Origin: Lophium mytilinum
Taxonomy: Eukaryota
Direction of reading: 5' to 3'
Assembly: GCA_010093605.1 (NCBI GenBank)
Contig: MU004190.1
Location: 1,633,599 to 1,697,598 of the forward strand
DNA: 64,000 nucleotides
In this document: positions 14,237 through 24,768 of the stretch, in pieces
How the letters are laid out: every line of letters begins with the position of its first letter
Position numbering within the stretch: position 1 is the first letter of the stretch
Position numbers and translations under genes: made by a program
The notes under the pieces: generated by a model
The model's input: only the letters and a program-made list of their open reading frames with translations
Told to the model about the DNA's origin: nothing
The model's database searches: none

Positions 14237-15358
14237 TTCTCTTTCTGCGATCTCCTTGGCTCTTTTCGATGGGTTCCAGTCGTCCTTGACTTTTGCTAAC
14301 GATTCTTGCAAAAGCACTCCTTCGGGCTATCGGCCTGGATTGCGACTTCCTCAGCACAATTTCCACCTCCTCTCCCAGTTGTGTAGTCTTGTAAGCCTCT
14401 TTCTCATTTCTCTCTTCCACTCCCTCCCATTTTTCTATTGACGTGAATTCGACTTGCTAACTTTGCCAAAGATAATTGCCATTCGAACCTTGCTCTGTGG
14501 CTGAGATCCTGCATATTGTCAGCGCAACTACTGCAGGTACGTTTTTCAGTCTTCTTCTCCTTCCCATTTCCCACTGTGATGGTCGTCTTTAAACACCGTG
14601 GTTCTGCCGAGGCTTGATGATATATACACATCTTTCTGAGACCCGAATCTCTCCGCTATCTCGATTGCAAGCTTTCGAGTGATCAACTAGCTAACTTCTC
14701 ATCAGCAGTGACGACCAGGTAAATATAGGGATGCCCTCAATCCACTACAAGTACGTTCTCCGATCTCTTTTGCTCTTTCCCAACATCCGGAAATGATGAT
14801 TTTGTATATTGAAATTTCTCATGCTGAGGCCTGATGACACACACTACTTTCTGAGACCGGACTTGTCGCTCATTTTCATTTGCTGCTCTTTGAATGAAGA
14901 TCCCGCTAACTCTTGAAAAAACCAGGAATCATCATTCCTTGTGAGGTGGCTGTGGGCCAATTCTTCTTTACCTCTGCACTGTTTCACCCATCGTGACGGT
15001 GGGCAGAGTCTCGGAGGGACTCAAGTCTACCGCAGGTACGTTTATTGACCGTTTTGCTTTCTTCATTCTCCCATTCTCCCATCCTCCAACTATGATGATT
15101 CTTCGAGGCTGTTGCTGAAACATGATGATTCTCGATTCTCTGAACCTGCGATTCTGCGACCTACTTTTCCAGACAATCTTTGCGCGGTCTTGGGCTAATG
15201 CGTGAGAAGTTAGGGATCTTGACATTCGACATCTTTGAAATGTGTGCGCTTTCGCTCTTTTGTCGACTGCATTTAAATGGTACATGGCATATCCTCTCCG
15301 ATGGCACCTTCTCCACCCATTCCACTCCATCCGATATCTCCGGTGCTCTCCAGAAAAC

Positions 15359-16162
15359 GGCATCGCACCGTCGATCGTGGTCGGCTTCTCCATAGCCTTC
15401 TACAGGCCAGGGTGCCGGAGATCAACGAAAGGCTGCGTAGGTAGTAGAAGAGGACCGGTCGCGAGATTCGTTTCTCAGCAGAGCCCGTCGGACCTGCGCG
15501 CGGTCGTGACGCTGGAGCAATACCTTCATTCAGGGTTTAAAACTAAGGATGATCATGCACCCTCCCATGGATGAATCGAGAAGATTTACCCTGCCGGTGG
15601 CTCCAAGCTCATACATCTCCCTTTTTTTTGTCAAGATTTCTCTCATTTCGCCCACTTCGATTGGCGTCTCTTCGAACATTGACAGACAATGACACTAACC
15701 ACACAATAGTACGTCTTTACCGACAGTGCTCTCCGGGAATCTTCGAAAAGCTGAATGTGAACATCGAGGATGAGGATTATGGTATCAATATCGACCTCTT
15801 GGCCCTCTGAATCCGCTTTGCTTCTCTTCTTCTCCCTTTCCGATAAATCATTCCTTCCTCCTCTGACCACTAGGCCGCATTTGCAGGCACGCCCGTATCA
15901 CACCGAAGCAGCTTCCTCATAGCCTTCTTCACGTGGGGCGTGCCGAGATCAAATTTGTCGCATGCAGTGGCGACGGGTCGACTACTCGAATGATTGGGAC
16001 AGCAGGCCATGACGAGGTTCGTAAGGAGCCCTGAGCCCTGCATGTTGACGTGACGCTGGGGCTTACTACGTCTCCCCTGCTGCTGTGGAGATCTGGAATG
16101 GCAAAAGAGAAGATGTTGCAAACCGCCACCAGTATTAGTTGGTCGCCTCAGCTCATACATAT
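15359..16162 (+). ncRNA. Array units 5-6
   Basis: Basal stems ggcatc/ggtgcc and ggcacgccc/gggcgtgcc, each followed by AGATCA (canonical ANANNA). Both end gctcatACA. Confidence 0.65.
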
Positions 16163-16323
16163 TTTCAAGGTTGGTTACTCTTCTTAGTGCTTTGATCCAA
16201 GCTTATCTTCCCTTCTTCTTTCTTTTCTTCTTCTTTTTGTTTCCTAGAGTATACGCCCAAGAATCAATCTTTTCCCGTTTCTTTCTCTTCTTGGGCAGTT
16301 GAATTCCCTCATTGAGATGCTCA

Positions 16324-17298
16324 GACACCGCCTTTACTCCGAACCCAGCTTCCTCCTCATAGCTCCGTTCCAGTAAACGGTGCCAAGATGGAGCTAGTCG
16401 CTCACAGTGGCACGCGGTCGACGATGGCATCGGAGCGGGAAGTAGGCCTAGGGTGTTTTGTCTGTCGGCCCCGAGACTTAGAGCTTCGTAAGAGCCTTCC
16501 ATGCCCTGTGAGTCGACGTGACGCCAGATGCTACCGCACCTTCCCTACTCTTCGTGGAGGCCTACCTGTTTCAGTTCACTTCACGGTAAGACGGGCTTCT
16601 GGCTCATACATCCTTTCGCGTGTTTTCCTCTTTCTTCTCATGTCTCTTCTAGAGGTGATGTGCTCAGACACCGCCGCACTCCCGAACCCAGCTTCCTCAT
16701 AGCTCCGTTCAAGTGGGCGGTGCCAAGATGGAGCTAGTCATTCGCAGCGGCGCAGGGTCGATGATGGTCTCGGAGCGGGAGGTAGGCCTAGGGGTTTGCC
16801 TAGCGACCCTAAGACTCAGAGCTTCGTAAGAGCCCCAGTGGCCCTGTGAGTTGACGTGACGCCAGATGATACCACACCTTCCCTACTCGCTGTGGAGGCG
16901 TGAGCGAGTAAACGTCACAATTAAGCAACTGGTATTCTGGCTCATACATCTTTCCGCCTCTCTCTCTCTTTCTCTCTCTCTTTTTCTTCTCATGTGACTT
17001 CCAGTGGTCATGTGCTCGGCACCGCCTCACTCCCGAACCCAGCTTTTCATAGCTCCGTTCAGATGCGCGGCGCCAAAATTGATCTAGTCGCTTGCAGTGG
17101 CACGGGATCGACGATGGCATCAGAGCGGGAAGTAGGCCTAGGGAGTTCTGAAAGTCGCCCGAGACTTAGAGCTTCGTATGGAATTCCAGTTGCCCTGTGA
17201 GTTGACGTGACGCCAGAAGCTACCACACCTTCCCTGCTCTTTGTGGAGGCGTGAGCAATGTTTACCCACCGGCAAGTGGTATTCTGGCTCATACATAC
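16324..17298 (+). ncRNA. Array subfamily A (3 close paralogues, ~345-bp period)
   Basis: Near-identical ccgaacccagct..tcatagctccgttc and gacgtgacgccaga...ttctggctcatACA blocks. Confidence 0.7.
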
Positions 17299-17765
17299 TA
17301 CAACACCGATTCGATCTTGGAGAGAACCCGTTTTCGGATCTGCCGTTGGTGAGTTTGTGGGGTTTTCTTGGACGAGCGGGCCTGACTTCGTATCTAGGTC
17401 GTATCAACATCACACGAATGTCTGATGTTGGGTGATAGCTGCGTGTTTCTCGTTCATGTTCTCTTTCTTACGCCGTTCTTGCTCGGCAAGACATCTCGTT
17501 CACAGCTTGACGTATTCGGCAGTCAGGCGTGGTCGACGCTACTTCCTCATAGCCGCGGCGTGGGCAATCCTCAGACTCTTGGTACCACCGTGCAGAATCC
17601 CTGGCCTTGTGGGTAACCTAGATGCTCACATTCCGTCGCCCCGAGAACGACTGGAAAGGCCAGCAGCTGGACTCGGAGAACAACGCTGGACTGATGAGTA
17701 AGTTTTCCAAACTCTTCCTTTCCATCCCCTTCATTCTTTTCACGCCCTAAATCGTCTCAAACCCC

Positions 17766-18236
17766 GGCACCGCCATCTCTATACGCCGACTACCCAATAG
17801 TCGTGCGCCGGCTGGCGGTGCCAAGAGGAAAACCATCGGCCTGCGTTGTACTTGACCATTGCCGCAGTGGCTGCGTTCTCTTGACGCGCAAGACCATGAC
17901 GCTGGCCTAACCCAACTCCCCTGCACCGCAAGGCCCAGCTCAAACATCTTTCTTCCTGTGGGCTTTCCATTGCTTCATCCTGAAAGTTTGACGGAGAGAC
18001 TGACTCAAAAGCAAATCCAGATTCTTGAATGTTTCTATTTTTCTGGAATCCTGGCACCGCCGTCTCTATGCGCCGACTTCCTCATAGTCGTGTGCCGGCT
18101 GGTGGTGCCAAGAGCGAAACCATCGGCCTGCGTTGTACTTGACAATTGCCGCAGTGGCTGCGATCTCTTGACGCGCAGGACCGTGACGCTGGCCTAACCC
18201 AACTCCCCTGCACCGCAAGGCCCAGCTCAAACATAT
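17766..18236 (+). ncRNA. Array subfamily D (2 short ~184-nt paralogues)
   Basis: Highly similar pair 287 bp apart; both end aggcccagctcaaACA. Confidence 0.7.
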
Positions 18237-18443
18237 CGACTCTCTAGGAATTTTCACTGCTTAAGTATAAGAGCAGGCAGAGAGACAAACTTAATACTAG
18301 GTCCTGATGAAAAGGCGATTGAAGGTCCTCTCAAAGTCTCACACAGCTAAGCAAGTTTTCTCTTCTTCAGCTCCACAGCTCCACAGCCCACTCAACTTCT
18401 CGACATCCGGTTCTGCGCGTCAAGACGAACTCTTCCAACATCC

Positions 18444-20774
18444 GGCCCCATTCTCTTCATCCGAGCCGGCTTCTTCATAGTCGTGCTTTCGATAGCGGGG
18501 CGAAGAGTGAACTGTATCGTGGTTGATGTCCGACGTGTTTCTGGCTGGCGTCTGAGACATCTTCCCGTGCAGGTCTACCGACGCTGAGCACTACCTCGAC
18601 TCCGACTAGATGGAGAATGGAGCTGACGCACTTGTGGCAGCGGTCAAATGGACGCTCAGCTCAGACATCTTTACTACCCACCCTTGTTTACATCTTCGAA
18701 ACGACGGAATAGCGAAGCTGACAGTTGTTGTAGGTTTTAGGACGCAAAACCAAGTGTTCAGGTCTTGGAGCAGATCTTCGAGAGCTAGCTCTGAGGGGAG
18801 CGCAGCATGGAGTCCCATTTGATGTAAGCTTTCCTGCATCTTGTCTTTCTCCTTCGTCAAGAACCACCCCATGTCGGCACCGCTCCCTCCCTCCGAGTCG
18901 ACTTCCTCGTAGTCGCATGCTCTCGGGAAGCGGTGCCAAAACTGATTTCCGACCTGCGTTGTGGAGCGGGCCACCGCCATGCGGTTCTCAAGAGCCTTTT
19001 ATCCCTCGTGGTGTCTATGACGCTGGTGCAATACCCGACTCCGGATGTAATCAATGGAGAATCGGACTTGAGTTAAAGTGTATTATGGACGCCCAGCTCA
19101 CACATCTCTCTTTTCTAGGCATAGCTGCTTCTTCAGGGCTCAGGGATAGAAGTCGGGAGGCTGACAAGGTGAGTAGGCTCTGGTAATTCGTTGCAGCCCG
19201 AAAGCAGTGTAAGTCTTCCTCCGTCTCTTCCAATTCCTCGGCGTGGCTATCTTTCCATTTCCTCTTCAAAATCCAATCTTCACGTCCCTCGGCACCGCTT
19301 CCTCACAGCCGTTTTACTCATAGCCGTGTTCGCTCGGAGCGGAGCCAAGATTGAGAAGCTTCTCGCGTTGTGGCGGAGGGTCGCCTCGCAGAAGAAACTT
19401 GCGTGGAGCCGGAACCCTCTTGGCCCTCGCAGCGAACTTGACGCTGGTGCATGAACCCGACTCCAGAGATGATCCATGAAGTATCGGAATCTTATCTTAC
19501 GGCCTCCAACGATGGACGCCCAGCTCAGACATCTTCCATCAATCCTCGCCCTTTGCGAAAAGAGTGATGAGCTCAAGCTGACGAGGAGAAGAGGTTCCGA
19601 GGTTCCGATGAGCGTGTGATGAGAGATAGGATACTCCGCTGGTCGGCAACGATGCTCTTGCAAAGACACAGGTGAGCCGAATTTCTTGCGCATCTTCAAA
19701 CGCATCTTCTACCCAACCGCACCTTTTTTTTCCAACGCTTCCGGCACTGCCAATATTCCGAGCCAGCTTCCACATAGCTATGCTCTCAATGGCAGCGCCA
19801 AGATTGATATTGTCATCGTGTGTGGCGGAGAGCTCCACTAGCTAGCTACTAGTTGGAGGCTCTCTTACCCCTCACGATGATGTGACGCTGAGGCAAGTTC
19901 CACGACTCCGATAGCACGACCAATGGTCGAGAACTGCACTAGCTATCATATCAATGGAGGATCGTGATATTGATGCGCATGGCCCCCTGGACGCCCAGAC
20001 TCATACATATTCTACCGGTGCAACTTTCAGACTGAAGCTGACGACTCGAGCAGAAACCTCACGCGCAAAGTAACTATTCCCATCTCTTTTCTTACTCTCA
20101 ACCACTCTCCTTCGACCTTAGGCACTGTCAACATTCTGAGCCAGCTTCCTCATAGCTATGCTCTCAATGGCAGTGCCAAGATCAATGTTATCATCGTGTG
20201 TGGCGGAGAGCTCCACTAGCTACTAGCTGGAGGCTCTCTTACCCCTCACGATGATGTGACGCTGAGGCAAGTTCCGCGACTCCGATAGCATCGACCTTGG
20301 TCGAAGAGTGGCTAGCTATCATCAAATGGAGGATCGGGAAAGAAGATTTGCATACCATGGACGCCCAGACTCATACATATTCCGCCAGTGCAACCTTTTA
20401 CGTTGAAGCTGACGAATGAAGCAGAACTCCATTGCGCACCGTAGCAATGCTCCCAAAGTATGTATCCCCTTCTCTTTTCGTTCTCTTCCAGCCTCTTTTC
20501 TGAGCCTTTCGGCACTGTCAACATCCGAGCCAGCTTCCTCGTAGCTATGCTCTCAATGACGGTGCCAAGATCAAAAGATATTACACGCGTGTGGCGGAGG
20601 AGCTCCACTAGGTGGAAACCGTCTTAGCCCTCGCGGTGATGTGACGCTGAGGCAAGTACCCCGACTCCGATAGCAGAGACCCTGTCCGAAATGAAACAAC
20701 AAATAGCTATCAAATGGAGGATCGGGCGACCCAAGGAGGTCAGGATTTTCATGGACGCCCAGACTCATACATAT
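18444..20774 (+). ncRNA. Array subfamilies E/C (6 paralogues)
   Basis: Ends ggacgcycag(a)ctca(t/g/c)ACA. The last three share ggcactgYcaa...gagccagcttcc..tagctatgctctcaatg..gYgccaagat. Confidence 0.7.
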
Positions 20775-21447
20775 CCCATCAATGCAACTGCTTTTGCAGA
20801 TCATAAAGACAACGTTGGAGCTGACGAATCGAGCAGAAATCCAGATGCTGAAGACAGTGGCAGTTCGGGGAGCGTTTCGCCTTCTTCGCTTCTCCTGAAA
20901 GGTTTTTGTTCTCTCCGGAATACCCGTTCGGCGCGCTCCACACCGCCGATGCGGCGTTCTTGTCACGGCTCAGATGCCATGAAAAGGATACGAGTGGACT
21001 CTTCAGCCTACATTGAGGCGTCCATTGAGCTAATGAGTATGTTTCAACTCGACGAATAGGTTGCGAATGGGTGCTGACTTTTCGTACTCTGTATTTAGAG
21101 AGACGGTATCTGGAGCCAAGAAGGAAGGTAGGTGCAGGTGCGCGATGAGAAGTTGCTTGCCGGTTTGGACGCTTGCTGATCTGAAAGCGTAGGAAGCAAT
21201 CAGTAGCACTGTCAACAAACATTTTCATGCCCCCAGTCACTGCGATCCAGCTCGGCATTCCAGGCTCTTTCAAGACTCTTTTTCTGTCTCAAATACCTTT
21301 TGTCCTGGAGCTTAGTCGATTTTCGTCGATGGCTCGTCTTTCCACTCGAATTTCACCACCGCGGTACCCTAGCACCATCGTGGCACCGTTCAATGACCTC
21401 AATCTACTCATGGCAATATCTACCATGATCAAGCTACTGGTTCCAAC

Positions 21448-23892
21448 GGCACGCGCAGCCGAGAATGTCGGCTCCGGCAATGGCAGCTTCGACTTGTGCA
21501 CGCCAAGATTGATAACATCGTTCTCGCTAGTGGGTCGCCTCTCTCGGGAGGTGGGCGTCTCTCGAGAGGAAGGTTGGATTAAACATAAAATCGATGTCAC
21601 GCGCCCCCGTTCGAGGGCCACCTCATGCACGGGGGTGTAAAACGCAGCCGTAATCGGAAAAAAGCGAGACCGAGCGGGATTTGAAGTTACCACGTCTTCA
21701 GCACTGCATCGGCTTGATGGAGACGGTGAAGGTATTCTGACCCGTACATATTCTTTCGGTCGCAAGCTGCATAGCCAGCCTAGTCTGGAGCTTCGAGACC
21801 AGATCACGAAGGGGCTGTATGAAGTAGATGAAGAAAGAGCTGGAGGATCAAAAGTTCTGGTGAGTGTTGGTTTCAGCCTCCCCGTCATGGATTCCCTCCA
21901 AATCGGACCACGGCACGCGCTAGTCGAGTATGTCTGCTCCGGCCATGGCATTCTGGACTTTTTTCCGGCGCACGCCAAGATGGATGATTCGTTCTCGCTG
22001 ATGGGTAGTTCGTTAATGGGCTGTTGGATTTGAGTTCAGTAAAAGTTTTACCCAATTGCCCAGTGCAGTGGTACCTCCGTAATCGGATGTCGTCAGAACT
22101 CAACGAGCAAGACTCGGGTGACAAGCGAGGACGAGCGGGATTTGAAGTTACCACGTCTTTAGCACTGCATCTGCTTGATGGAGATGGTGAAGGTGTTCTG
22201 ACCCGTACATGCCCTGTCGATCACAGGCTGCCTGGCCTAGCGCTAGAGCTTCGAGGCCAGAGACCGGATTGCTAACGAGGCGTCAAGCTAGATGAGAAAG
22301 AGCTGGAAGATCAGAGGTGCCGGCATTACCTTGGCCTTCGAGTCGAACCTCACGACACGCGCCGGTCGGGTACGTCTGCTTCGGCCGTGGCGTCCTCGAC
22401 CGTTTCCGCGCACGCCAAGATCGAGAATTCGCCCTCGTCGGTGGGCAGTTGGATTTGAGTTATGCAGGCAGCGAAGCGACCGAGACCCGAAGGTCCAGTG
22501 CAGTGGTATTTCCGTAATCGGAAGTTGTCAAAACTCAACGAGCATGCCTCGTCTCAGACAACAAGCGAGGGCGAGCTGGATTTGAAGTTACCACGGACTC
22601 AGCGCTGCACAGCCATCAATGGAGCCGGTGAACGTATTCTGACCCGTATATATCACCCTATTCTCTCGGCCACGGAGTCTTGGGCCTAGCGCCGATGCTT
22701 CGAGGCTGAACTACTAATTTCCACAGATGCGCCGGCAGAAGGAGTCGCGGGAGGAGAATGGCGATCGACACGAAACCAGGCACGCGCTAGTCGAGTGTGT
22801 CTGCTACGGCAGTGGCATCCTCAATTCGCAAGCCAAGATTGATAGGTCGCCCTCGCTGGTGGGATATTGGATTTGAGTGGGAGTGGATTAATTGCGATGG
22901 AGTCACCCAGTGCAGTGGGTAGATCAACCGTAATCGGAAGTTGTCAATTACCCCACGAGCATGGCGAGACTCGGACAACAAGCGAGGGCGAACGGGATTT
23001 GAAGTTACCACGGATCCAGCGCTGCACAGCCTTCAATGGAGCCGGTGAAGGTGTTCTGACCCGTACATACTTCTTTTCGACCTCGAAGTCACCAGCTAGG
23101 CAACGGCGCCTCGGGGTTGAGCTACTAACCCCTTACAGATACGGTCAACCAGAGGCATAACCGCGGCACGCGATATTTGACTTGTCTGCTTCGGCGGTGG
23201 CATACTCAACATACGCACGCCAAGATTGATAGTTCGTTCTCGCTGGTGGGCTGTTCGTTCTCGCTGGTGGGCTGTTGGACGCGGCAAGACTCAACACGGG
23301 GAAGCACCCCAGTGCAGTGGGAGACGAACCGTAACCGGAAGTCGGTTTCGGTAACGACAACGCGAGGACGAGCGGGATTTGAAGTTACCACGTACTCAGC
23401 ACTGCAACGCATGATGGGGACGGTGGAGGTGTTCTGACCCGTACATCTCTCGCTACGGAAATGCCGGGCCTGGTGTTGGCCCTTCGATGCTAGCTTGCTA
23501 ATCATTCGCGCCTACGCGACGGTGGATTTCAGACCTGCGATTCTCCGCTCAGGCTGGTATTAGTCTCACGGCACGCACCGATTGAGTATGCGGCTCCGGC
23601 GATGGCATCCTCGATTTGCACAAGGCGCACGCCAAGATCGATCATTTTTCTCTGCTAGTGGGCTCCGGGGGGTGAGTTCCAGCGGGTTAGCATAAGGGAG
23701 TCGGCAGTTCCACACAGACCACTGGACACCCAGTGCAGGGGGATAAGATCCGTAATCGGAAGTCGTGCGGAACTCGGTGGGTTGATGGCTTTTTTGACGA
23801 CGAAGGCGGAGACGAGCGGGATTTGAAGTTACCACGGATTCAGCGCTGCACCGCGTAATGGAGCCGGTGAAGGTTTCCTGACCCGAACATGT
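21448..23892 (+). ncRNA. Array subfamily B (6 paralogues, ~390-460-bp period)
   Basis: Shared gcgggatttgaagttaccacg...cagcRctgca...ggtgaaggtRttctgacccgtACA (ATA in one copy). Confidence 0.7.
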
Positions 23893-24768
23893 TCTATCGC
23901 GTTGAATGCGATGGTGTTGATGCTGAGGGACGTTGGAGGTTAGGATAAGGTTGGAGTTGAGTATGTTAGCGTTTACCGTTCCGAATTCCTTTTGCTGGTT
24001 AGATCAATGCTTACGTACTGACGTCCCAGCTTCAAGGGGCGTCTTAGATCCTTGACTACCTCCCCACGACCTATGCTAGAGTAGATTTGATTCTGGGTAT
24101 TTATCGAATAGATCTGTCAACCTTGTCAGCTTCCCCGTCCAAATGTTATGCGCAACTTTCGGTCCGCTTTCGCTCTGCCCGATATTATGACGCCCACCAA
24201 TCATAGATCTAAAGAACGTTGTATGTCCTTTGAAAGGTGGCGGGCTTCATCGGGGGTCCCTCCAATGGCGTGGTATTGCGCGCTTGATGCTGGGCTATGG
24301 CCCATTGTCATCCAATCCCGCGGAGGTTTGCGGTCCAAAGGTGTGTCAATTATCCTGCTCCTCGCTGATCCACAGATTCCCGTTCCGTATTTTCCCCTCT
24401 CCCTCCCTCGATGGCATGCTTCACGCAGTCATCCAGTCAGTCAATAGTCTAGGTAATTCGGTCTGATTTGAAGCGGTTATCCAAAGAAACTCCCTCTTCG
24501 GCCCTCCCCTCGTTCGATCAGCATGCTCCAAACCACACCAAACTCTTTACAGCTTTTCCCGACCCTCATAGAGCTGGAGATTATATCAGCTTTGCAACAC
24601 AAAGGGCACTTCGCTGAAGCATACTGTTCCATATCCGATATCCTCCAATGATCAACCGCACGCGCGCAGAGTCAGACACACCAAGGTAGCTCGCAGCCCT
24701 GGACTTCCGCGCAAGAACGTCGCTAGGCTCGGCTGATATAGAAACTACCACGATGTAGTAGGATTCGC

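Larger units (their letters stand above)
12346..23892 (+). ncRNA. Tandem array of ~23 paralogous box H/ACA-like structured RNAs
   Basis: Approximate units (first base to ACA+3): 12346-12638, 12843-13115, 13507-13778, 13965-14236, 15359-15618, 15886-16162, 16324-16613, 16667-16951, 17018-17298, 17766-17949, 18053-18236, 18444-18670, 18876-19107, 19291-19534, 19743-20010, 20121-20380, 20511-20774, 21448-21751, 21912-22212, 22354-22653, 22779-23070, 23165-23448, 23570-23892. Shared plan: GGCAC...GTGCC hairpin, usually (a/g)AGA hinge, variable middle, GACG..3' stem, ACAnnn. Confidence 0.7.
11380..24030 (+). ncRNA. Putative multi-intron non-coding host transcript of the structured RNA array
   Basis: TATA-like TATATAG at ~11387. 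Repeated 5' splice sites (GTAAGT 11612, 12286, 13904, 17698; GTACGT 12777, 14537, 15036; GTGAGT 19169; GTATGT 20458) and GCTRAC/GCTAAT..AG 3' ends (12698-12717, 13119-13134, 13830-13845, 14295-14314, 20037-20053, 20408-20424, 20820-20836). No credible long ORF. Confidence 0.55.

Noticed and set aside
16203..23835. Minus-strand ORFs with recurring peptides (SWHR..YEE, VVTSNPAR) as a repeat-protein family
   Set aside because: Frames and stops differ between copies, indels are not multiples of three, and conservation follows base-pairing rather than codons.
21670..23835. tRNA or tRNA-derived SINE (minus-strand TTCAAATCCCGC resembles a T-arm/B box)
   Set aside because: Lacks the GTTC consensus, an A box and a cloverleaf; the motif is one strand of the + strand 3' stem.
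12346..23892. CRISPR-like array
   Set aside because: Eukaryotic context; units are long and diverged rather than short identical repeats with unique spacers; no cas-like gene.
15359..23892. Hammerhead/HDV ribozyme or TPP riboswitch array
   Set aside because: No conserved CUGAUGA+GAAA core, HDV nested pseudoknot or TPP CUGAGA/CUUGAU motifs found by eye; an Infernal search is needed to exclude them formally.
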